Source of the DNA: Cyanophora paradoxa CCMP329 | Taxonomy: Eukaryota; Plantae; Glaucophyta | Direction: 5' to 3' | DNA: 64,000 nt | NCBI GenBank assembly: GCA_004431415.1 | Contig: QPMI01000531.1 | Span: forward strand, 1 to 64,000 | Shown here: piece by piece, positions 30,444 to 42,497 of the stretch | Position numbering within the stretch: the stretch's first letter is position 1 | Layout of the letters: each line of letters begins with the position of its first letter | Notes under the pieces: model-generated | Seen by the model: only the letters and a program-made list of their open reading frames with translations | What the model was told of the DNA's origin: nothing | The model's database searches: none | Made by a program: the position numbers and the translations under genes

Positions 30444-32483
30444 ATGGCGCCACCGTCGCCGGCGGCGCCACGACTGCCGCGGGACAAGTTTGTCGACCAG
30501 AAGCACGCCCAGCGGCTGTTCGAGTGCGGCATCTGCATGCAGATCTTCCGGGATCCGGTGCGTCACTCTTGAATCGCCCTAGGTCGATCATCGGCCTGGG
30601 GCCTTGAAGCTTTCGTCGCGCCAAGGCGACAGTTATAGGGCGACATGCGGCTTACATACACAGAGCTCGTTGCCGTCCGCGCGCCTCCTCGACTCGGCCA
30701 CCCGCCACTGACGCGCGCTCCGCGGCCGGGATCCCTGCATGCGCAGACTGAGGTGAACTGCCCGGAGGGTCATGTCTTCTGCAAAGAATGTATAGACCGA
30801 TGGATTGACGAAGCCAGGCGGAGGGACTGCACCTGCCCAAGGTGCGCAGCAACCGTCGTCACCCCGCGTGTGCGCTGAAGCTGCAGATACGCAGCTGCCG
30901 GAAGGGCCCGATCACCAAGGAAACATGCCGCATTAATCAGCATATTCGCCGGAGCATCCTCGACATGGATGCTTAGTGCGACCGCCTGCAGCTCAGTTCC
31001 AGCCAATGGCGACCGTCGGGCGCTTACGCCGGCGCGCAGCTGCGAGAACAAGGACGATGGGTGCTGCTGGCAGGGCGCGCTCTCCGGTTGGCCGGCGCAC
31101 GTTGCCGGATGCGCGCTCACGAAGCGGTCGTGCTCGGGGGCCCCGGCGTGCGAGGAGCGCCTACTGACGGCCGACCTGCCGGCGCACGAGGCGATCTGCC
31201 TCCACGTCCGCATCCCCTGCCCCAACGCCGACATCGGGTGCCCGGAGGAGCTCCCGCGCGGCAGCGTCGCCGACCACCTGGGTGCGCCCCCGCCCCCCGG
31301 CATCCGCCCGCCGCGCTGCAGCCCCGGCCCGACGTCGTCTCGGCGTCCGCATCCCAATGCGCAGTCTGTGGCTGTCGCCGCCGCTGTGTGGAGAGGGTTC
31401 GCCCGGCCGGCCGGTGGCGCCTGCAGCCGCCGCGCCCGCTGACACGCCGGCGCCCGGCAGATGGAGCAACTAAAGCGGAGGACAGAGCAGTGCGAGGCGC
31501 AGCTGAAGCAGAGTACGGAGCAGCACAACGCTCAGCTGAAGCGGAAGGCGGAGCAGTGCGACGGGCTTATAATGCAGTGCCAGGGCCAGCAGCAGCGGTG
31601 CGAGCGCCTGCTGCAGCGGACCCGGACGCACGCCGTGCGCCACGACGCGGACGGCGGTTTCGTTTCTTTCCGCGTCCGGTTCGGCCGCCGCTCGGATCCG
31701 CCCCGGACTGGTCCCGGCTCCGGCTAACCGTCCGGCAGGGTGGCGAACTGGGCCGGGCGGCGTGCCAAGGCTGAGGGGAAGGGCCTGCTGACCGCTGTGA
31801 AAGAGAATTCCGTGGAAAGGCTGCCATGGTGCGCGGTCCGCCCCGTCCCGTCTGCCCCCGCCCCGAGCGCCCCGCCCGCAGGAAGCTGCGCCTGAAGACT
31901 ACGAACTCCACCGGCGAGCCGCACCTCGCCGTTTTCCTGCGGTGCACGTACAAAGACAACCGCCGCGTCAAGGCGCGCCCCAAGAACCCTTGACCCGTCG
32001 CCTTCTCCCGCCCCGGCCTCACTTCGCCGCTTGATCGCTGCAGGGCCGGTTCGCGATCACGCTGGTCAACAGGCAAGAGGATGCGAGCATCACGAAAAAA
32101 ATCCGCGACAATGATGAGCTCCTCCCATTGTGCGCCCGCTTACTTGTCACAGTTTGTCGCGCTGCCATTCCCGAATTTTCTGATGCTCCGCAGGGGCCAG
32201 GGAAACGCCTGGGGCTTTAGCTCCTTCGCTGCGATGGCCGATGTGAGCGACCCGGCCAAGGGCTTCCTGCACGGCGGCGCCCTCGTCTTCCAGGTGCTTC
32301 TCCCGGCTCAGCGTGGGCGGCGGGCATCGGCTCGGCGTTTCTAACGCCGGCCGCCGCCCCGGGGGCCAGGTGACCATCTCCGACCTCGAGACAGAGCAGC
32401 TGCCACGGGGGTCGGCGGCGCAGCGCGCTGCTGGTTCTGGCAGTTCGGAGGACACTTCTGACAGCTCGGAGGACGATGAGTAG
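30444..32483 (+). CDS. TRAF-like E3 ligase (RING, TRAF Zn fingers, coiled coil, MATH)
   Basis: CGICMQIFRDP/TEVNCPEGHVFCKECI...CP; CENKDDGCCWQG; CPNADIGC; HLAVFLRC...FAITLVN...WGFSSF...DPAKGFL. Confidence 0.88.
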
Positions 32484-32592
32484 GCGCCCGGGGCCGGCGC
32501 TGGCCGGTCGAACGCCGGAGGGGGGCCGGGCGGCCTTCTACTCAGTGACTGGGCCTTCTCACGCTCCTTCACTGAGTCACCCACTTCTTATC

Positions 32593-34620
32593 ACTAATCA
32601 TTATGGCACAAGCAGGGGGGCTCCGCCCCCCCGCACCCCCCCAGTGTTATTTAGGAATCTTTGATTTCTTGTGGTCTATTCTTCTTCTTCTACGTACTAC
32701 TACTACTACTTATTAATTGAACAAAGAATGAGACTGAAGTACTAAAGTTGTGAAGACAGAACAGAAGAAGCTGAAGCACTGAACATGAAGAACAGAACAG
32801 ATCTGAGTGCATGAAAGATGTAGAAAGTAAACACTGATCATGTAATCAGGAAACAATGCACAAGATGCTATGTAGTCCAAAGCTAGGCTTCATCATTTAT
32901 GGCTTGTCATGAAACATAGTGCTTTGCAATTTGTGTTTAATTCATGATTCTTGGCTGGCAAAGAAATTAAAGGGCGATTTGATATTCTTAGCTATAGCTA
33001 TATATATAGCTTTAGCCAGGAAGATGAGAAGAAGAGCTAAAGCACTGAACAATTGCAAGAAGTTTGAAACTGCATGCATGAATCTCTTGTGGTTCAATCG
33101 TATTACAAAGAAGGAAAATGAAGCTGAAGCACTGAAGAAGAGAGCATTTCAGAACAGATCCAGAAACAATGAAGTGATCACAAAACAATACAAAAGAAGC
33201 ACATGCAATGTATTTCAAAGGTTTGATCATTTATGTTCTAGATCTGTCATCAAATATCGAGTTTTGGTGTTAAATACTGGCCATGGCTGGCAAAGCAAGG
33301 GCAATTCTTAGCAGGAAAGTGGGCAAGAAGCTTGAACGTTAACATTTATTGCAGCAGTGATATATATATATACTGTCCAAGTCCCTGTAGCTTTGTACCC
33401 CTGTACCTCAGTCTGCCTGTACCCCCAATACACCACCTTGCCAGCTATCTAGCCTGGCAATACATTGCAGCACTGATCATGAACAATTGCAAGAAGCTTA
33501 AGAATTGAACACTTCAATTGACAACTTGGCAAAAACAACCTGGCAAGGTTGTAGAAGAATTGATCATGAACAAGTCAATCATTGATCATTTCATTTCATG
33601 CATGTAACATGCAACAATATTTTATGCATGCAATGATGCCATGATGAATAATGCATGCATCATGATCAATATAAAGATCTAGATGCCACTGGGCCATTGT
33701 TGTTGTTGTTGAAACTCCTAGTAGTTGTTGTTGTGTGCTAATGCAAATCGTTTGCCATCTAGAAAAGAATGTTGTTTGTTTTGTGAAACAAAAAATGCCA
33801 AGTACAATCTCTTCAATTTCAATACTAGCTGTACTGTCTCGGTGTGTGCGAATTCAGTGATAACTCAATTTCAATTTGGCAAGTTTCTGTTTTGTTTGTT
33901 GTGAATGTGTGAACGTTGTGCTAGTGTTGTGTTTTTTTTTGTCTTGTTTTGTTGTTTGTACATTGTGGAACATATGCTTTTCTTTTTGTTGTACATGCCA
34001 AGCTGTTTAGTGTATTATATATTGTTTGCCAAGAATCGAACCGGTTCTGAATCGGCACTGAGCAGTCAAGTGCACCACAGCACTTCAGGAAGAAAAAAGG
34101 AAAAAAAGGGACTTTCCATTGACAGAACTGCCGGATACCCAATTTGAGCCACAAAACTCCACTCTGTGGCAGATCTTCCCACTTCATACTTCCAAGCTCA
34201 CTGGCAAGGGCAGCGGCTGCCGCTACTTTTTTTAAGAAGTCACAGAGTCATACATCACTCAGTGACTTTTCCTTCTCATGTGGAGCCTGTCTCAGTGACC
34301 ACAGTGAGTCAAGGCAGCACTGGCAGCCTTCAAGTGCATATCGAATTGAGTATACCAATGAGAGCGACAACTCAACCACTGGCCTGCGATTCACAAGTTC
34401 CCCACTTACCAAACATGCTGGCACGACTGTTGGCAGCCCAGGCTGGACCACCCATGGAGCACAGTCCAGTCAGTGACTTTGACTGTTCGCACCGCTCTCA
34501 ATGCTGGCAGTTTGAGTCTGCCGTAGTACTAAACGGAATTTTCTTCCAAGGGGAACATGGGTTAATCTACTATGTAGCATGAGTACGTCACATGGCGTGC
34601 ACATGTGCATGTACTAGCTA
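32593..34620 (-). mobile_element. Decayed AT-rich, CpG-poor transposon relic, possibly Helitron-like
   Basis: Abrupt AT-rich island with TG/CA excess. GGGGGG-CTCCG-CCCCCC hairpin at ~32615-32632, about 20 nt from a degenerate TTAG|T end on the minus strand. No intact ORF. Confidence 0.5.
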
Positions 34621-35324
34621 TAGTGTACAGTCTTTTTTCGACTCTTCGAATGGCCCAGTGGGAGGCCCTGAGGAGGGACCTGACTCGGTGACGGCCGAGG
34701 GCCGCCGGGCCCCCCGGCTTGGAATCGGCCTGAGCTCGAGCTCGAGGACGGTCTGGTGACTCTGGTCCAACGGTCTGCAGCTGCGGGCCGGCGGGCCGCG
34801 GGCACGCCGCGGATAGCTAGATCTAGCTCACGCCCATTCAAGGCTTCGAAAATCGATACGTATTCAGACTTTCTTTAAGGTAGTTTTCGACAACTCTGCT
34901 ACGTAGATCCGATGATCTGCACATAAAATCTGGGAGCTTGTAGCCGTACGAGAAACAGCGACCCAAGCTCACCTCTACATTCTCAGCCTGCGAAAGGGCC
35001 TAACGTTTAACGACGAGCAATGGCGTACTGTAGTCTAGCCGAAAGGAGAGGGAATCTACGGAGGGATATCACACACGACTGTACAGGGCAAAAACCCAGC
35101 GCGGCAGCCGATCCGCGCTGGCGAGTACAGGTCGCAGGGAGTACGAGGTCGTGGCGGCGAGGGGGTGGAGGCAGTGGGGACTAGAATCGTGCGGGGGGGT
35201 AGGGTCCGAGGCAGGGGCGGGGAGAAGACGGGAAGGAGCTGGAAGGGGGTCCGGGGCGAAAGTGGGAGGGGCCGCCGGAGGGCGCGGAGGCGGGGGGGGG
35301 GGCGGTCGGGCGGGCGGGGGCCGC

Positions 35325-38300
35325 CTAGTACTGGTTCCGGACCTTGAGGTCCCAGCAGTACTCGGTGTACTTCACGTTCACCGTCCCCGCGTTCTGCCCC
35401 CGCCCTCGGCGTTAGCCGCGGGGCGGGGCGGGGCGGGGCGGGGCGGGGCGGGGCGCGCCTGCATGAGGGTGAGGAGCTGCTCGCCCTTGGGCCCCCCGAC
35501 GTACTCCGCCACCTGGACGCCGAGGGTGAGCGCCGGGGCCGGCGCCGGGCGGGGCGGGGTGGGGCCGGCGGGGCGAGCCTTGACGAGGAGCTCGTTGCGG
35601 TTGTTGCCGAAGTCTTGCTGGTACCACTGGAAGACCTTGGGGAGGACGACCTCGCGGCGGGGCGCGCTGACGTGCACGAACTCGGCGCAGAAGGCCCGCG
35701 CCGCCGTCGCCAGCTGCTCCTGCAGCCGCTCCGCCGAGTAGACCACCATCGCCGGGCTCGACACCGTCAGGTACGAGATCGCGAAGAAGATGCGCGGGTC
35801 CGGGTTCGCCACGGTGAGGGCCAGGCGCGGGTCCGCCTTGCCGAACTGGCGCTTGAGGGACCACGGCCGCTGGCGGTTGCCGCGGAGGATGCCGTGCTCG
35901 ATGTCGTCCAGCGAGAGCTGGAAGGGCCCGACCTGGTACGAGGTCCCCGTGAAGAAGGCCCGCCGCTGGTTCCGCCCGAGCTCCCCAACGTGCACGCCGA
36001 GGGCGACGTGGCCGTGGATCATGAGCATGTTGAAGAGGTTGATGAAGAAGGCGACGAGCTGGTCCTTGTTGAGCCCGCTCAGGTCCGTCTGCTGCAGGTG
36101 CGCCACCTCCTGGCAGTGCACGCGGTAGATCGCGTCCCCCGCCAGGTTCTTCCACGCCACCACGTCTGCGCGGCCCCGGGGGAGGCCCCGCGGTCAGCGC
36201 GGCGGCGGGGGCGGGGCGGGGGCGGGGGGCGGGGGGCGGCGGGGGTGCTCGCCCTTGGCCAGCTTGCGCTTGTTCTTCTCGAAGCGCTCGAAGCGGAAGA
36301 AGTGGACGTTCTGCCAGAGATCCTTGAGCTTCATCTTGCGGAGGGGCTTCATGAGGAAGTCGTCGGCGCCCCCCGCGATGGCCTCCGTCACGCTTTCCTT
36401 CGACATGTCCGACGACATCACTGCGCGCCGGCGCGCCGGCCGCCCGTCAGGCGCGGGGCGGGCCGGCGGGGCGCGGGGGCGCGGGGGCGCACTGATGACG
36501 GGGATCTCGGCGAGGGCGTCGTTGCCGGAGCGGCGGATGGACTGCAGCAGCTCGTACCCGTCCATGTCCGGCATCTGGCAGTCTGCGAGCACCAGGTGGA
36601 AGCCCGTCGGGTTGCTCTGCAGGATGTCCAACGCCTGCTTGCCGTTCTCCGCGATCGTGACCTTGTACTGGCAGTTGCGGAGGAGCTTGGCGACGATCTC
36701 GCGGTCGACGCGCTGGTCGTCCACCACCAGCACGTTCATGTTGTCGATCGTCATCTCCGGCGGCAGCAGCACCTTGCCTGCGCGCCGCCCCCGCCCCGCC
36801 CGCTCGGACCCGCGGCGGGGCGGGGGGCGGGGAGGGGCGGGGGGCGGGGGCGGGGCGGGCGGACGGTTCCAGACGTGCTGCCACACGTTCTTGAGCTGCT
36901 GGAGGCGGACGGGCTTGAGGAAGAAGTCGGCGGCGCCGGCCTTGATGCACCGCTCCACGATCCCGCCCTGGCCCGTCGACGAGACCACTGCGCCCCCGCG
37001 GGCGTCGGCGGGCGGCAAGCGCGGGGGGCGGGGCGGGCGGCCCCGGCGGGGCGCACTGATGACGGGGATGTCCCGGAGGGCGTCGTTCTGCTTGAGGATG
37101 GAGAGGAACTCGTACCCGTCCATGTCGGGGTTCACGACATCGGAGAGCACCTGCGCGCAGGCGGCGCCGGCGCCGGCTCGGCGGGAGCGGGCGGGGCGGG
37201 GAGGGGGAGGGCGGGGCGCGGGGCCGCACGAGGTGGATGGGGTCGCCCTGCGCGGCGTGCTCCTTGAGCAGCTGCAGCGCCTTCCGCCCGTTCTCCGCCA
37301 CCGACGCTGCCGCCCCGGGCGCTCAGCCGAGGGGGGGGCGGGGGGCCCGCGGCGCGGGCGGCGCACTCCGGTAGTTGTACTTCTTGAGACCGCGCTGGAC
37401 GAGCAGCCGGTCGAGCGGCTGGTCGTCGATGACCAGCACGTGCAGGTCCGAGAGGGCGAGCGGCGGCTGCGAGTCCAGCTCCGGCTGCGACGGCTCCGTA
37501 ATCCGGTGCTTGACGAGGCAGTCGATGAGCGCCTGCGACGCCCGTCAGCAGCCGCGCGGGGCGGGGCGGGGCGGGGCGGGGCGGGGCGGGGCGGCTCGCC
37601 TGGAGGCGCTCGGCGGACATGGCGACGGGGTTCTTGACGGCGGCGGGCAGCGAGGTCTTCTCGTTGAGCGTCGAGCCGTCCGTCGGCCGCGCGATGAACT
37701 CGTCGAACGCCTGCGCGCCCCCGCGCGTCACGCCCGCAAGGCGCGGCGGGCGGCGGGGCCGCGCACCTCGACGGCGTGCGGGACGTAGCGCGGCACTCCG
37801 CTCTGGAGGAGGTGCAGGTCCCTGGCGCGCGTGCCTCAGGGCCGGAGGGAAGCGGGCGGCGGGCGGCGGGGCCCCGGGCACACTTGCGGAACCAGGGGTC
37901 CTTTTTCATGTCGTCCATCTTGATGCGCTTGGCGGGATCCGGCACCAGCACCTTGCGCAGGAAGGCTGCAGACGAGCCGTAAGGAAGGGAAGGAGGGGAG
38001 GGGGGCTGGGGCGCCCGGACCCTCGGCGCCGGGGCTGATCCAGTCGGGAATCTCGTAGATGCCGAGGCGCTGCCGCCGCATCTCGACGTCCTCCTCGAAT
38101 GGAAGGTAGCCGGCGAGCAGTCCGTACAGGATGCAGCCGCAGGACCAGATGTCCGCCGAGATACCGTCATACTGGGGCGCCACGACGACCTGCCGGCCCC
38201 CGGCACGTCGGCGCCGGCCCTGCACTTCCGCAGCGGGAGCCCGGCACCTCGGGGGCGGAGCAGGCCAGCGAGCCGCACTTCGTCTGCAAGAAGTGGTCCT

Positions 38301-39089
38301 TGTTCGGCTCGAAGATGGCCGAGAGACCGAAGTCCGAGATCTTAAGCGAGCCATTCCCGTCCAGCAGCAGGTTGTCGGGCTTCAGGTCACGATGGCACAC
38401 GTTCATCTGGTGGCAGTAGTGCACGCCTGCGCAGGGCGGCGCTCGGCACAACCGCGGGGGAGAACCGCGAGAAGTTCGCACCCTCGATCAGCTGCTGGAA
38501 GTAGTTACGCGCGACGTCCTCGTCGAACTTGCCCATAGACACTGCAGCGGGTTCATCGCTACGCCGAGCGCGCTGCGCAAGGGCGGGCACCGATCTGGTC
38601 GAAGAGGTCGCCGCCCTTGGCAAGCTCCAGGATGACATAGATCTTCTGCTCGGTACGCAGCACGCCCTTTAGCTCCAGAACGTTACGGTGGTGAATCATC
38701 TTCATGATGGCGATGTGCAGGGAATCAAGGAAGCGTTCAGCGGTCAGTGTGAAGGGGGCCGGTCGGGCGGCGGCAGCGGCAGCAAGGATATCTCTTTCTC
38801 GACCATCTTCTCATCTTTCTTTTGCAGCCTAGACCGATCGAAGATCTTCACGGCGACCTCCTCGCCCGTCTGCGTGTGCACTGCAAGCTTGACCCTAGCC
38901 GGGCGTGAGCTAGAAAGAGGAAGCCGGCGAGGACGGCGCATACTTGGCGAACGAGCCAGCACCGATGGTGCCCTTAATCTTGTAAGGGCCCACGATCTGC
39001 AGGGCCAACGTGATTTACGTAAAACGCCGCACTAGCCGCCTTGCGGTCGGACGCACCTCTGTGACAACATCTCGACTGGCTTTACTCAT
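35325..39089 (-). CDS. SNF1/CIPK-like Ser/Thr kinase fused to two response-regulator receiver domains and DUF547
   Basis: [32 protein letters not shown] and ADIWSCG. REC1 VLVIDD...VLSD...PDMDGYE...FLKP; REC2 VLVVDD...[13 protein letters not shown]...LMKP. DUF547 [13 protein letters not shown]...[13 protein letters not shown]...DPRIFF. Confidence 0.88.
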
Positions 39090-39517
39090 TTTCAGGTCTC
39101 AGGGCCTCGCTGGACCTCCTGAACCGCGCCCGGAACGTCTCAACCGCGGCACGGGGACCTGCCCGGCCGAAGCCTGCCGCAGCCTCGCTGGCGCTTTCTG
39201 CGACGTGCCGCGGCCACCGCCACCGCCACAGCTAAGGGCCGAGCTGCAGGCTGGAAACGCGCGACTTCAAGAGCAGCGTACCCCGCCCAACTATGTGACT
39301 CCGTCTGATCTCGCACTATCCTTCGCAAGCTCTTTCGAGGGTTCGCGGCGGCGCGGATCACGTAACGATTCACGTGCGCGTTACAAATCTCATGCGGTAG
39401 CCTAGTAGCGCTCGCTCGAATTGGAGAATTCCATGGCAATGTTCAAGCACGCGTACGCATGCGCAGTTGACGGGCGGCGCCCGGTCCCAGTTGACTCGCA
39501 ATCGGCAGCCTGGAAGC

Positions 39518-42361
39518 CTACCAGCGCAAGCGGCGAAGAGCGTCGGGGAGGGTGCGCCGGGCGTCGCCGTTCCCCGCGGGCTTGGGGCCGTCCCAGAGGC
39601 CGTGGTGCTTCAAGAACTGCTCCACAGAGGGGTTGCCCCGCTCCAGCTGCCGCCCCGCCGCTGTCAGCGCCCGGGCAGACGCTCGGCCCCGGGCTCGGGG
39701 GACGGACGGTAGGCATGTAGTCCGGGAGGTCGGTGCGGGCCCACCAGGCGCCGGCGCGGGCGGCCTCGGAGCCCGGGGCCGCGTACGTGTAGCGGTAGGC
39801 GCGCGCGCGCAGGAAGGCCGGCGGTGCCCCCGCGAAGGGGTCGCTCTCCAGCAGCGCCAGCACGGGGGGCGAGCCCTGCGGGCCGCGTCGGGTGGGGAGG
39901 AAAGGGGGCGGGGCGGGGCGGGGCGGGCGGGCGGGCCTCGAAGATGCGGCGGACGAGGGAGATGAGCCAGGGGTTCTGGGGGTACTCCGAGAGCGCCGCG
40001 AACCACATCTGGAGGCGGGGTGCGCGGGCGAGGCGTGGCGTGGGCGGGGGGTACATGAGCGGAGGGGCGGTGGGGGGCGGACCTGCCAGTCGAGGCGGGG
40101 CTGGAGGGGGGCGACGAAGGGGGGGCGGCGGGTGAGGTTGCCCGGCTTGAAGCGGAACTCGTAGGGGCGCCATGCGACGCCGTCCGCCGAGCCCTCGAGC
40201 ACCACCTCGCGCCGGTCCGTCGTCATCCGCGCGAAGAGCCCGTACCTGCCCGCCCCCTCGGCGCCCGTTCGTTCGGGGGAGGGAGGGGCACGGGCGCACC
40301 TGCCCACGAGGCGGAAGCTCTCGGTCTTGTGGTACGCCCACTGCGGCCGGGGGGCGGTTAGTGCTTTCGGTGGACGGGGCGAGGGCCGGCGGGCACGGAC
40401 GGCGCAGGCGGGGGGCAGGGCCTGGGTAGGGAAAAAGGTGGCGGCGAAGGGCACGAGGCTGGCGGCGAGGACGAGGGCGGCGGCGGGGCCGACGACGGCG
40501 AGGCGGAGGAGGCGGGCGGCCCGGCGGCGCGGCTTGGAGGGCGGGCGGGGAGGGAGGACGGGGGCGCAGGCCCGGGGGAAGAGCGGGGCGAGGGCCGCGT
40601 CGTCGAGGCAGAAGAGGCAGAGGGCCTGCGGGGGCGTCGAGGCGGGCGGGGGCGGGGGCGCTGCGCGGGGCGCACGGCGGTGAGGTGGTTGAAGAAGGTG
40701 AAGTTGCCCGTCGCCGCGATCGACACCTGCCGGGGGCCCCTCGAGTCAGGGGCGCCCGGGCCGGGCCGGGCCTGCGTGGCGGGGCGGCGGACTTGGAATG
40801 CGATCTGGAGGAGGCCGCACGCGACGCGCGTCTTCCTGCGCCCCCGCGTCGGCGGATGCGGTGCGGCGCGGCGCGGCGCGACACGGAACCGGCCGGCGAA
40901 GACGGCGATGGGGAGGGCGAGCTCCACGGCGAACGTGATCCACACCTGCAGCGGCCCGCGGCGTCGGGGCGGGCGCCCGGGGCGGGGGCCGGGGGGCGGG
41001 GCGGGCCTCGACGCGGTGCCACCACTCGGGGAGGTGGTGCACGTAGTACGCCACCGGGTTCGGGATCGGCTGCGTCCAGTCTGCCCCCGCCCCGCTCGGA
41101 GGGCGCCGATACGGGCGGGCGGCGGGCGGCGGGGCGCACAGTGGTAGTTCATCGCGGTCAGGTTCGTCCTACGGGCGGCGCAGGGTGTCAGGGCGGGCGC
41201 GCGGTCCGGGGCGGTACCCCAATGCACCAGGTCTCGTTGAGCTGCACGGGGCGGGAGGGGTACGTGAGCGAGGCAGGCGGGCCGGGCCGCAGGGGAACGG
41301 CGCGCCTTCACGATTCCCGAGGCCATCATGAGCCGGAAGAGCAGCCAGCGGAAGAGGAAGACCTGGGGGCACGCGTCTCGAGGGGGTACAGGCGGTGGGG
41401 CAAACGGGGCGGCGGACCGCGATGCGGGAGGGCTCGGCGCGGCCGGCGGCGCGGTCGCGGGCCGGGTTCAGGGGCTTCCACAGCGGCGCAATCAGCAGCG
41501 CCAGGAACCCCGCTGCGCACCGAATGCGGGTTCGAATCCGGGCGGGTCCGCATCCGTGGGAGGGGTAGGGGTTCGCACTCTCGCAGAGGAGGATGTCCCA
41601 CTGGAAGCCGAGGAAGTCCTGCCCCGCGTGGAGGAAGCTGAGGTAGAGGGCCCAGAGCGCCGCGAAGACCGGCCAGACGGCGAAGTAGCCCGTGGCGGCG
41701 AGCGCGGCGAGGGCGACGCCGGCGGCGCAGGCGAGCTCCAGCGCGTTGTCGGAGACGCCGGTGAACCAGAACACCGAGGGGAGGACGCGCGCGTAGCCCG
41801 TCGGGTGCCCCGCCCGGATGCGCTCCATGAAGAGGCGGGCCGGCAGCAGGCCCCGCTCGCCGATGAGACCCTGCCCCGGCGGCGTCAGGGCCGGGCGGCG
41901 GCGCCGCCGCCTGCGAAACACAGCGATGACCGCACCTCCCACTGCAGCCCCAGCGACACGAACGCGACGAGGTAGACGGCCGCCAAGGCGCGCAGAAAGA
42001 GCCACGTCACGCACAGCACTGCATGCGCGGGGCGTGAGGTCCGCGGCGCGGAGCGGGCTGGGCGATGCGCACTGCTCTTCTCCAGCTTGCGCCGCGCCCG
42101 CATGGATGTCAGCTCCGTCTTCGCTGCTTCGAGCTCCTTCTGAAGCGCCTCCCGCTCCTGCTTCTTCCTTGCGCGCTTCGCCGCTTCGGCAGAAGTCTCC
42201 TTGCCATCGTCGCTCTCGGCTGCTGCGGCGCTAGCTTCGACATTCGCAGGCGCGTCTTCGTCTTCGTACTTGATCTTGCGCCCCAGCACCGCGAACGAGC
42301 CGCCTGAGCCGACGGGGGCGCCCTTGCGCCGACGCGCGTCGCCTCCTGCGACGGCCGGCAT
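39518..42361 (-). CDS. LMF2: Lipase maturation factor family membrane protein
   Basis: WLFLRALAAVYLVAFVSL, GLIGERGLLPA, GQDFLGFQWDILL, WLLFRLMMASGIVK, TGNFTFFNHLT, YGLFARMTTDRREVVLEGS, EFRFKPG and QPRLDWQMWFAAL. LMF1 vs LMF2 not certain. Confidence 0.93.
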
Positions 42362-42497
42362 GTTCAACCTGTGACAACCTGTGTCAACGAGCAGCGTAGC
42401 AGCGATACAGTGTATCAGACTCAACCTGAGAACCTCCGAACCTCGTGGGCGGGGTACGCGACGAAGGCCGCGCCGAAAGCTGAGTCGCTCCGGTCCG

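Noticed and set aside
32919-34582. ORFs inside the AT-rich island
   Set aside because: No recognisable transposase, Rep/helicase or TnpB motifs; consistent with decayed sequence.
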